The position numbers and the translations under genes were made by a program. Shown piece by piece: positions 1 to 9,027 of a DNA stretch of 64,000 bases. Within the stretch, counting starts at the first letter, position 1. Every line of letters begins with the position of its first letter. Source of the DNA: Anaerovoracaceae bacterium (GTDB taxonomy: Bacteria; Bacillota; Clostridia; Peptostreptococcales; Anaerovoracaceae); the NCBI GenBank assembly GCA_045604065.1, contig JAZUNH010000059.1:37216-101215 (forward strand), in the 5' to 3' direction. The notes beneath the pieces were generated by a model. The model worked only from the letters and a program-made list of their open reading frames with translations, was not told where the DNA came from and did no database searches.

Positions 1-2
1 TT

Positions 3-3000
3 AGTGAGAACTTCACAGATGTCGAGTTCGTGATTGTGGACGGAACACTGAAGATCGAGAAGAGGAAAGTCACGTTGACATCAGCAACGGACGAGAAAGT
101 CTATAACGGACAGCCTCTCACGAACGATAACGTAGCCGTTTCCGGCGACGGATTCGCGGACGGCGAAGGCGCGTCATACAATGTGACAGGAACTATCACG
201 AACGTGGGAAGCACGCCTAACGCGTTCACATACACGCTGAACGAAGGAACCAAGGAAGGCAACTATGAGATCACGACAGTTCCTGGAACCCTTACGATCA
301 CGCCTGTCACCGCCAAGATAACAGTAACGATCACAGAGAACAGCGGCACCGAGAAGTACGACGGCAGCGAGAAGACAGTCACAGGATACACGGTCAGCAC
401 GAGCAACACCCTGTACACAGAGGCAGACTTCACGTTCAGCGGAAACGATTCGGTAAGCGGAACAGATGCCGGAACTTACGACATGGATCTTAAGGCTTCC
501 GATTTCGCGAACATCAGTGAGAACTTCACAGACGTAGAGTTTGTGATCGTAGATGGAACTCTCACTATAAACAAGAGAGCAGTCACGCTGACATCAGCGA
601 GTGACGAGAAGGAATACGATGGACAGCCTCTCATGAACAGCAACGTAGCTGTAACAGGCGACGGATTTGCTGAAGGCGAAGGCGCGACATATGACGTGAC
701 CGGACGCCAGGTAGAAGAAGGAAGCAGCCCGAACACATTCACATACGATCTGAACAGCAACACGAAGGCTGACAACTACGACATCACATTGGTTCCTGGA
801 ACTCTTACGGTAACAGCCGTGACCGACAAGGTAACGGTAACGATCACTGAGAACAGCGGTACCGAGAAGTACGACGGGACTGAAAAAGAAGTCAAGGGAT
901 ACACGGTCAGCATCGATAATGACCTGTATACAGAGAACGACTTCACGTTCAGCGGAAACGATACCGTAAGCGGAACGGACGCCGGAACTTACGAGATGCA
1001 GCTCAAGCCTGAAGACTTCACGAACACAAGTGATAACTTCAGCAACGTAGAGTTCGTGATCGTAGACGGAACGCTCACGATCAACAAGAGAACGGTAACC
1101 CTGACTTCCGCAGACGACGATAAGACATATGACGGAACGCCTCTTACAAACAGTAACGTAGCTGTTTCCGGAGACGGATTCGCTACAGGCGAAGGCGCGA
1201 CATACAATGTAACAGGTACTATCACGAACGTAGGCCAGACTCCTAACGCGTTCACATACACACTGAACGAGGGAACGAAGGAAGGCAACTACGAGATCAC
1301 TACAGTTCCTGGAACTCTCACTATCGCACCTGTGACATCGAGCGTCATCGTTACGATCACAGAGAACAGCGGTACCGAGAAGTATGACGGAACCGAAAAG
1401 ACAGTCGATGGTTACAAAGTAAGCATCGACAATCCGCTGTACACTGAGAATGACTTCTCGTTCAGCGGAGATGATACTGTAAGCGGAACAGATGCCGGAA
1501 CATATGATATGGATCTTAAGGCTTCCGACTTCACGAACACGAGCACGAACTTCACGAACGTGACATTCGTTATCGTAAACGGACAGCTCACGATCAACAA
1601 GAGAACGGTAACGCTGACATCAGCGACCGACGAAAAGGTATATGACGGCGATCCTCTTACAAACAGTAATGTAGCGGTATCCGGCGACGGATTCGCGGAC
1701 GGCGAAGGCGCGACATACAGCGTGACCGGAACCATCACGAACGTTGGCGAGACTTCAAACGCGTTCACATACACGCTGAATGAAGGAACGAACGCTGACA
1801 ACTACACTATCACGACAGTTCCTGGAACTCTGACGATCACTCCGGTTACTGATAAGGTAACGGTCAAGATCACAGAGCACAGCGACACCGCGAAGTACGA
1901 CGGAGAAGAGCATACAGTCACGGGATATGACGTAACGAGCATCTCGAACGAACTCTACACGGCAGACTGTTTCACATTCAACGGAAACGATTCAGTAAGC
2001 GGAAAGAACGCCGGATCATATGATATGGATCTTAAGGCTTCCGACTTCACGAACACAAGCAGTAACTTCACTAACGTTGAGTTCGTGATCGTTGACGGAA
2101 CGCTCGAGATCAGCAAGAGAAGCGTGACGCTTACATCTGCTGACGACGAGAAGGTATACGACGGGCAGCCTCTTACGAATAATAACGTAGCTGTTTCCGG
2201 AGACGGATTCGCTGAGGGCGAAGGCGCGACATATAACGTGACCGGAACTCAGACGAAGAAGGGCAGCAGCGACAACACATTCACATACGAGCTGAATAAG
2301 GGAACAAGTGCTGATAACTATGACATTGATGTGGTCTATGGAACCCTGACGGTAACTGCGGTGACCGATAAGGTAACAGTCACGATCACAGAGAACAGCG
2401 GCACCGCGAAGTACGACGGAGAAGAGCATACAGTCACAGGATATGAAGTGACAAGCATCAGCAATCCGCTGTACACAGAGGCAGACTTCACGTTCAGCGG
2501 AACGGATTCAGTAAGCGGAACAGACGCCGGCTCATACGATATGGAGCTTGTCGCCACAGACTTCACGAACATCAGCGAAGACTTCGGAAACGTAGAGTTC
2601 GTGATCGTAGACGGAACGCTCGAGATCAGCAAGAGAAGCGTGACGCTGACATCTGCCGACGACGAGAAGGTATATGACAAGACGCCTCTTACAAATGATG
2701 AGGTAACAGTAGGCGGCGACGGATTCGTCGAAGGCGAAGGCGCGACATACGACGTCACAGGAACACGCACGGAAGTCGGCGAGACTCCGAACGCGTTCAC
2801 ATACACGCTGAAAGAAGGAACCAAGGCTGATAACTACGACATAGAGACAGTCTATGGAACTCTGACGGTAACGGCAGTTACCGATAAGATAACGGTCACC
2901 ATCACAGAGCACAGCGACACCGCGACATATGACGGCGAAGAGCATGTAGTAACGGGATATGATTTCGCGAGCAGCGATCCGCTCTACACAGAGGATGACA

Positions 3001-6000
3001 TCACGTTCACCGGCTACGCTACGATCACAGGAAAGGACGCTGGCTCATATCCTATGGAGCTCGAGGCGACAGACTTCGCGAACGCGAACAGCAACTTTGA
3101 GAATGTGGAGTTCGAGATCGTAGACGGAACGCTCGAGATCGAAAAGAGAGCTGTCACCGTAACAGCAGATGACCTGACCAAGGTATATGATAACGATCCA
3201 ACGAAACCTGCTCCTGAGCAGTACACAGCGACAGTCGATGGACTCGTTGCAGGCGAATCGATAATCTACACAGTAAAGAGAGATCCTGAAGATATCTCTG
3301 AGAACGTAGGCGAGCATACGATCTTAGCTACAGGAGAAGGTATCCAGGATAACTACACAGTTACCTACTATCCTGGAACTCTCACGATCACACCTGTCAC
3401 CGACAAGGTAACAGTAACGATCACAGAGAACAGCGGATCTGAGATGTATGACGGAGAGGAGCATACAGTCACAGGATATGAAGTCAGCATCGATAACGAG
3501 CTGTATACAGAAGACGACTTCACATTCAGCGGGACGGATTCAGTAAGCGGAACAGACGCCGGATCATATCCGATGGAGCTTGCCGCCACAGACTTCACGA
3601 ACATCAGCGATAACTTCACTAACGTAGAGTTCGTGATCGTTGACGGAACGCTCGAGATCAGCAAGAGAAGCGTGACGCTCACATCTGCCGACGACGACAA
3701 GGTATACGACGGAACGCCTCTTACGAACAGTACGGTAACAGTAACAGGCGACGGATTCGTTTCCGGAGAAGGCGCCACATACGACGTGACCGGAACGATC
3801 ACAGACTTTGGTGAAGTTCCTAACGCGTTCACATACACGCTGAACGAGGGAACGAAGGCTGATAACTATGACATCACGAAGGTCGAGGGAACTCTGAAGA
3901 TCACGCCTGTGACAGATAAGGTAACGGTAACGATCACGGAGAACAGCGGCTCAGAGAAGTACGACGGTACGAGGAAGACGGTCGAGGGATATACAGTCAG
4001 CATCGACAACAGGCTGTATACGGAGAACGACTTCTCATTCAGCGGCAATGCCACGATCGAGGGCACAGACGCCGGAACATACAACATGGAGCTCAAGGCG
4101 GCTGACTTCACGAACACGAGCGATAACTTCACTAACGTTGAGTTCGTGATCGTGGATGGAACACTCGAAATCGGCAAGAGGAGCGTGACGCTCACATCTG
4201 CTGACGACGAGAAGGTATACGACGGAACGCCTCTTACAAACAAGACAGTAACAGTATCCGGCGACGGCTTTGCCGCTGGCGAAGGCGCGACATATAACGT
4301 GACCGGAACGATCACAGACAAGGGCGAAACCGACAACACGTTCACATACACGCTGAACGACGGAACGAAGGCTGACAACTATGACATCGAAGTAGTCGAA
4401 GGAACCCTGAAGATCACGCCTGTCACCGAGAAGGTAACGGTAACGATCACAGGACACACAGGCACAGCAGTATACGACAGCGAGGAGCATACAGTCTCAG
4501 GATATGACGTGTATATCGATAATGACCTGTACACTGCGGCGTGCTTCACATTCAGCGGAACAGATTCAGTGACCGAAGCAGACGCGGGCACATATCCGAT
4601 GGGCCTCAAGAACTCCGACTTCGCGAACATAAGCGAGAACTTCACGAACGTAGTGTTCGAAGTCGAGGACGGATCGCTTGAGATCAGCAAGAGAGCTGTC
4701 ACGGTAACGATCACGGGTCATGAAGGAAGCGCGGTATACGACGGCGACGAGCACAGTGTATCCGGATATGACGCTAAGACAGAGGATAAGCTCTACGATA
4801 CGGGCGACATCACATACAGCGGAAACGCCGAGGCCAAGGGCAGGGATGCCGGAACATACGAGATGGGCCTCACGAAGGATCAGTTCGGAAACAGGAACGA
4901 CAACTTTGAGATCACGTTCGTCGTGACCGACGGAAGCCTGACGATCGATCCGTACAATATCAACAATGACCCTGACAACAGGATCACAGTAACAGACCCT
5001 GATGACACCGTATACAACGGCAAGGATCAGGAGCAGCCTGTGACGATCACAGACAGCAAGACGGGCGGAGAGCTCAAGGAAGGAAAGGACTTCGTTATCG
5101 AATACAGCGACGATGTCAGGAACGTCGGCGAGGTGACAGTTACGATCAAGGGCATCGGAAACTACGAGGATGAGGTCTTCAAGCAGTACAACATCACGCC
5201 TGCGGCCGTGAAAATCATAGCCGACGATAAGGAAGTGGTCTACGGAGATAAGCTGCCGAAGCTCACCGCGACGGTAACAGGTATCATCGGAAACGAGGAA
5301 GTCAAGTACGACCTCGAGATCGAGGATCCGGATGAGAAGCTCTCGAACGCAGGCGAATACACGATCGGAGTCATCCTTACCGATGAGCCTTCAAACGGCA
5401 TCAGGCTGAATGAAGTAAAGAACATCGGCAACTACACAGTCACGACTGAGAACGGAACGCTCACGATCGACGAGGCGCCTCTCACGATCAGCACGGGAAG
5501 CGACACCAAGCGCTACGACGGCACGGCTCTAACAAAGAAGCCTGCGACCGTGAAGGGCCTGAGGAACGGCGATAAGATCAAGGTAACGGTAACAGGGTCG
5601 CAGACACAGGTCGGATCCAGCAAGAACACGTTCAAGATCGACTGGCAGGATACAGACAAGCACAACTACGATCTTACGAAGAACGTAGGAACTCTGACAG
5701 TAACAGCCGCGAACAACCCGGCTCCTGTCAATCCGACGCCTGTAAATCCGACGCCGGCGCCGCAGCCGACACCGGATCCGGAGCCTGTAGAGGACACAGA
5801 AGTCCCACTGCCTGAGCCTGCGGATACAGTTCCTGAAGAGGAAGCACCGCTGCAGCTCGGAAGCTGGGCTCTGATCAACCTTATCTGCACGATCCTGACA
5901 GTCCTGCTCAGCCTGCTGGTACTCGTGATGTACCTCGGGAAGAACAAGAAGAAGGCTGACGAGGATGAGGATGAAGCTCAGACAGAAGATGCCGAGAAGG

Positions 6001-6233
6001 ATCAGAAGATCAGGAAGAAGGGCATCCTGAGGATCATGGACATCATCCCTGCAGTAGCGGCGGTGATCACATTCATCCTGACAGAAGACATGAGCCTTCC
6101 GATGGTGCTCACAGACAAGTGGACGCTCCTGATGGCAGTCATCCTGCTCGTAGACGTCGTGGTAGCGCTCTTCACAAAGAAGAGTACCAAGGACGCCGAG
6201 GAGAACGAGGACGAGGCTGAAGCACAGGAGTAA
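3..6233 (+). CDS. Giant repetitive cell-surface protein (tandem MBG-like beta-sandwich repeats, Pro-rich linker, three C-terminal TM helices); 5'-truncated by the window edge
   Basis: Frame is open from base 3 (SENFTDVEFVIVDG...). Two alternating ~85-aa T/V/D-rich units recur (VTLTSADDEKVYDGTPL...GDGF; VTVTITENSGTEKYDG...GTDAGTY). Then NPAPVNPTPVNPTPAPQPTPDPEP and three hydrophobic segments. Confidence 0.85.
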   Translation, partial: SENFTDVEFVIVDGTLKIEKRKVTLTSATDEKVYNGQPLTNDNVAVSGDGFADGEGASYNVTGTITNVGSTPNAFTYTLNEGTKEGNYEITTVPGTLTITPVTAKITVTITENSGTEKYDGSEKTVTGYTVSTSNTLYTEADFTFSGNDSVSGTDAGTYDMDLKASDFANISENFTDVEFVIVDGTLTINKRAVTLTSASDEKEYDGQPLMNSNVAVTGDGFAEGEGATYDVTGRQVEEGSSPNTFTYDLNSNTKADNYDITLVPGTLTVTAVTDKVTVTITENSGTEKYDGTEKEVKGYTVSIDNDLYTENDFTFSGNDTVSGTDAGTYEMQLKPEDFTNTSDNFSNVEFVIVDGTLTINKRTVTLTSADDDKTYDGTPLTNSNVAVSGDGFATGEGATYNVTGTITNVGQTPNAFTYTLNEGTKEGNYEITTVPGTLTIAPVTSSVIVTITENSGTEKYDGTEKTVDGYKVSIDNPLYTENDFSFSGDDTVSGTDAGTYDMDLKASDFTNTSTNFTNVTFVIVNGQLTINKRTVTLTSATDEKVYDGDPLTNSNVAVSGDGFADGEGATYSVTGTITNVGETSNAFTYTLNEGTNADNYTITTVPGTLTITPVTDKVTVKITEHSDTAKYDGEEHTVTGYDVTSISNELYTADCFTFNGNDSVSGKNAGSYDMDLKASDFTNTSSNFTNVEFVIVDGTLEISKRSVTLTSADDEKVYDGQPLTNNNVAVSGDGFAEGEGATYNVTGTQTKKGSSDNTFTYELNKGTSADNYDIDVVYGTLTVTAVTDKVTVTITENSGTAKYDGEEHTVTGYEVTSISNPLYTEADFTFSGTDSVSGTDAGSYDMELVATDFTNISEDFGNVEFVIVDGTLEISKRSVTLTSADDEKVYDKTPLTNDEVTVGGDGFVEGEGATYDVTGTRTEVGETPNAFTYTLKEGTKADNYDIETVYGTLTVTAVTDKITVTITEHSDTATYDGEEHVVTGYDFASSDPLYTEDDITFTGYATITGKDAGSYPMELEATDFANANSNFENVEFEIVDGTLEIEKRAVTVTADDLTKVYDNDPTKPAPEQYTATVDGLVAGESIIYTVKRDPEDISENVGEHTILATGEGIQDNYTVTYYPGTLTITPVTDKVTVTITENSGSEMYDGEEHTVTGYEVSIDNELYTEDDFTFSGTDSVSGTDAGSYPMELAATDFTNISDNFTNVEFVIVDGTLEISKRSVTLTSADDDKVYDGTPLTNSTVTVTGDGFVSGEGATYDVTGTITDFGEVPNAFTYTLNEGTKADNYDITKVEGTLKITPVTDKVTVTITENSGSEKYDGTRKTVEGYTVSIDNRLYTENDFSFSGNATIEGTDAGTYNMELKAADFTNTSDNFTNVEFVIVDGTLEIGKRSVTLTSADDEKVYDGTPLTNKTVTVSGDGFAAGEGATYNVTGTITDKGETDNTFTYTLNDGTKADNYDIEVVEGTLKITPVTEKVTVTITGHTGTAVYDSEEHTVSGYDVYIDNDLYTAACFTFSGTDSVTEADAGTYPMGLKNSDFANISENFTNVVFEVEDGSLEISKRAVTVTITGHEGSAVYDGDEHSVSGYDAKTEDKLYDTGDITYSGNAEAKGRDAGTYEMGLTKDQFGNRNDNFEITFVVTDGSLTIDPYNINNDPDNRITVTDPDDTVYNGKDQEQPVTITDSKTGGELKEGKDFVIEYSDDVRNVGEVTVTIKGIGNYEDEVFKQYNITPAAVKIIADDKEVVYGDKLPKLTATVTGIIGNEEVKYDLEIEDPDEKLSNAGEYTIGVILTDEPSNGIRLNEVKNIGNYTVTTENGTLTIDEAPLTISTGSDTKRYDGTALTKKPATVKGLRNGDKIKVTVTGSQTQVGSSKNTFKIDWQDTDKHNYDLTKNVGTLTVTAANNPAPVNPTPVNPTPAPQPTPDPEPVEDTEVPLPEPADTVPEEEAPLQLGSWALINLICTILTVLLSLLVLVMYLGKNKKKADEDEDEAQTEDAEKDQKIRKKGILRIMDIIPAVAAVITFILTEDMSLPMVLTDKWTLLMAVILLVDVVVALFTKKSTKDAEENEDEAEAQE
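144..4800 (+). repeat. Intragenic tandem repeat, period 513/516 bp (171/172 aa)
   Basis: GG(C/A)GACGG (GDGF) recurs at 144, 657, 1170, 1683, 2199, 2715, 3747 and 4260. A divergent unit occupies the ~3150-3390 slot. Confidence 0.9.
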
Positions 6234-6275
6234 AAGCTGGCATGCGGACATGACGTCCGGATAAAGCAAGAATAC

Positions 6276-6308
6276 GCGGGACCCGCATAAAGCGGGCCCC
6301 GCTTTTTC
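6276..6308 (+). terminator. Intrinsic terminator
   Basis: GCGGGACCCGC-ATAAA-GCGGGCCCCGC stem (10/11 paired) followed by a T run, just after the surface-protein stop. Confidence 0.8.
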
Positions 6309-6367
6309 TGACATTGAAAAGAAGGCTCTTTGATGATATATTATCTACAGACGGAGGATATCATGAC

Positions 6368-7114
6368 ATGGAATATGAGATCATAAAAGTAAAGCAGCAG
6401 CGTCAGACGAAGTGGGCGGGCGGCAAGACGACGGAGCTCGCCATCTTCCCGAAGCACGCCGACGTGAGCAAAAAGGACTTCGTATGGCGCTTGTCGACGG
6501 CGACATGCAAGAAGGACAAGGCGAAGTTCACCGACTACGAGGGATATAACAGAGTGCTGATCCCGCTTGAGGGAGACGCAAAGCTTGAAAACATCTCCCC
6601 TGACGGAGAGAAGAAGGAGACGGAGATACAGGAGCTCGAGCAGGTGGAGTTCTCAGGCGCCGACAAGACGACGGCCTTCGGGCTCAAGCGCGACTACAAC
6701 CTGATCATCAAAGAGGACTGCCCGTACTATGTGGACGTCATCGACCAGATACTTGCGGGCGCGGGAGAGAACTCTGACAAAGCTGTGCCGGTAGGCGAGA
6801 ACAACGAGGCTTCGTTCCTGTCGATCGATTCCATCCTGAACGGAAAGAGAGTGCCTGTGCGCATGAGGCATAAGAAGGGCTACGACCATGTCGTCCAGGC
6901 TCTGTACTGTGTGGACGGATTCTCGAGCGTCCATATCGAGGAGAAGCTCGTGGAGCTCGTGACTGTCGAAGAAGACGCGCCTACGGACATCAAGATCGTC
7001 AGGCTCACCGAGGGCGAACAGCTTATCCTGAGATACAGGGCCAATGAGAAGATCAAGATGACGATCAAAGGCGCCGGCCGCCTTATCCAGTGCCAGATGT
7101 TCTATAACGAATAG
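6368..7114 (+). CDS. HutD/Ves family protein with C-terminal extension
   Basis: KWAGGKTTELAIFP, DFVWRLSTAT and FTDYEGYNRVLIPLEG match HutD-family motifs. ATG 6368 lies 9 nt after GGAGGA (6353-6358). Confidence 0.75.
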   Translation: MEYEIIKVKQQRQTKWAGGKTTELAIFPKHADVSKKDFVWRLSTATCKKDKAKFTDYEGYNRVLIPLEGDAKLENISPDGEKKETEIQELEQVEFSGADKTTAFGLKRDYNLIIKEDCPYYVDVIDQILAGAGENSDKAVPVGENNEASFLSIDSILNGKRVPVRMRHKKGYDHVVQALYCVDGFSSVHIEEKLVELVTVEEDAPTDIKIVRLTEGEQLILRYRANEKIKMTIKGAGRLIQCQMFYNE

Positions 7115-7131
7115 ATAAAAGCGATGATCAC

Positions 7132-7160
7132 AGCCTGCCGCTTACGCGGCGGGCTTTTTA
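7132..7160 (+). terminator. Intrinsic terminator
   Basis: AGCCTGCCGC-TTAC-GCGGCGGGCT followed by TTTT. Confidence 0.85.
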
Positions 7161-7195
7161 TGTCTTTTCGGGCTTTTTTTATGTCTTTTCGCTGT

Positions 7196-7224
7196 TTGCC
7201 TTTATATAGTTATAGTAGTATAAT
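7196..7224 (+). promoter_or_regulatory. Putative sigma-A promoter
   Basis: TTGCCT-N17-TATAAT upstream of the 7285 gene. Confidence 0.55.
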
Positions 7225-7284
7225 ATTATGGAATGTAATTTTTTGACGGGAAACATTATGCATTAATTGTTTCAGGAGGTATAT

Positions 7285-8982
7285 ATGACACAGGTAATAT
7301 GTGCAAACTGCGGACAGCCTTTAAGGCCGACAGATAAGTTCTGCTATAACTGCGGAGCTAAAGTAGTGCCTATGAAGATGACTCCGGAAGTGGAGGCTGT
7401 AGAGCCGAAGCCGGACGTCATAAAAACTGTTCCGAGGACTCCGGCGCCGGCGCCTGTAAAGGAAGAAGCCAAGGAGGAAAGGCCAAAGTTCCACATGGAC
7501 GAGAGCCTGAGCTGGAATACTGACGGATATCCTGAAGCCCAGAAGCATTCTACCGAGGAAGCGGATTTCGTATGGAACGAGACCACGGCAGAGGAGAGGA
7601 TCAGGAAGCGCCAGGAAGAAGGACGCAGAGCTCTGTATGAAGAGCAGCAGGCGAGGGAAGCAGCAAAGGCAAAAGCAGCCGAGGAAGCTGCCGCCGCTGA
7701 GGCCGCACAGGAAGAGGCAGCAGAGGAAGTAAAAGAAGAGCTCCCTCAGGAAGAGCCTGAAGCGCAGGTTGCCGAGCCTGTGGAGGAAGCTCCTGCCGCT
7801 GAGCCGGAAGAGGTTTCTTATGCGAAGCCGGCTGAAGTTCCTGCAGAAGAGCCGGAAGAGGCGCCTGCAGTGAAAGTGGAAGCGCCTGAAGAAAAACCTG
7901 AAGCGCCTGCCTTCACCTTCGGATCTGAAGATGAGGACGAGGATGACGGAGAGGTCCCTACGATCGAGTCCATTGAGGCAGCCGCGGAAGCAGAGAAGGC
8001 AAAGGAAGTCGAGAAGGAGATCTTCGGATATACCATCGACGACGTAGACTCAGGTGAGAAAGCGGAAGCAATAGACAAGTTCTATACATACAGCAGGAAG
8101 AACGAGGAGTTCCAGGAACTCCTGAACCAGGAGAACGACAGGCTGAGAGGAAGCCGCCCTGACGCGCAGGCGAAGCCTGAGGAAGAGCCGGAAGCGCCGG
8201 CCGAGCCTGAAGAGATAAAGCCTCTGGATCCTGAAGAGGCAGAGGGATTCGTGGGAGTACAGTTCCCTGACACGCCTATGGAGGCGGATGCGTCAGAGGA
8301 AGCTCAGGCAGAAGAAACGGCGGAGCCTGAAAAGGCGCCGGAGACAAACGGATTCCTGGACGGCAACTTCGGGGCTACTGAAGAGCTTAACGAAGAGCCT
8401 GAGGCACAGGAAGAAGAGAAGGCTGAGCAGGACGGAAGCATAGCGTCGGCTGCGGGAGCCGTGGCGGCAAGCGCGGCGGCAATAGCCGCGATAGCTGACA
8501 GGGCAAGGGCCAAGGCTGCGGAGGAAGCTCCTGCAGAAGAGCCTGCAGAACCTGAAGAAGCTCCGGAAGAGCCTGAAGCAGTTCCTGCTGAAGAGCCGGC
8601 TGAGCCTGCGGAGGAAACTCCAGCCGCTGAGGCTGAGGAAGTCAAAGAAGAAGTAAAGGAAGAAGTCGAGGATTCCTTCAATAAAGTAAAGGAGGAAGCC
8701 CCGGCGGAAGTTCCTGAAGAAAAGAAAGACGAGATCCCGGAAGAGATCAAGGAAGCAGTGGAAGAAGAGGAACATAAGCTGACGTATCAGGAAGTGTTCG
8801 ACGATTCCGCGGAGAAGACACAGAAGCACACGTTCCTGAAGATACTCGCGATCCTCATCCTTCTTCTCATCATATTGGAAGTAGTTGCCATACTGATCAG
8901 AAGGTTCGCGCCGGACAGCGCGGCCGGACTCCAGATACAGCAGATCTACGAGATGCTGTTCAGCAGGTTCACGGGTAATTGA
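7285..8982 (+). CDS. Zinc-ribbon protein with long acidic E/A/P-rich region and C-terminal TM helix
   Basis: CANCG...CYNCG at the N-terminus; hydrophobic KILAILILLLIILEVVAILI near the C-terminus; GGAGG RBS before ATG 7285. Confidence 0.75.
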   Translation: MTQVICANCGQPLRPTDKFCYNCGAKVVPMKMTPEVEAVEPKPDVIKTVPRTPAPAPVKEEAKEERPKFHMDESLSWNTDGYPEAQKHSTEEADFVWNETTAEERIRKRQEEGRRALYEEQQAREAAKAKAAEEAAAAEAAQEEAAEEVKEELPQEEPEAQVAEPVEEAPAAEPEEVSYAKPAEVPAEEPEEAPAVKVEAPEEKPEAPAFTFGSEDEDEDDGEVPTIESIEAAAEAEKAKEVEKEIFGYTIDDVDSGEKAEAIDKFYTYSRKNEEFQELLNQENDRLRGSRPDAQAKPEEEPEAPAEPEEIKPLDPEEAEGFVGVQFPDTPMEADASEEAQAEETAEPEKAPETNGFLDGNFGATEELNEEPEAQEEEKAEQDGSIASAAGAVAASAAAIAAIADRARAKAAEEAPAEEPAEPEEAPEEPEAVPAEEPAEPAEETPAAEAEEVKEEVKEEVEDSFNKVKEEAPAEVPEEKKDEIPEEIKEAVEEEEHKLTYQEVFDDSAEKTQKHTFLKILAILILLLIILEVVAILIRRFAPDSAAGLQIQQIYEMLFSRFTGN

Positions 8983-9027
8983 CCCGGAATGGTTCGTTAA
9001 TGATCAGATCAGTTAGCCTTCGGAGGA

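Noticed and set aside
5710-5880. Sortase LPXTG anchor on the giant protein
   Set aside because: No LPXTG-like pentapeptide precedes the TM, and three TMs follow instead of one.
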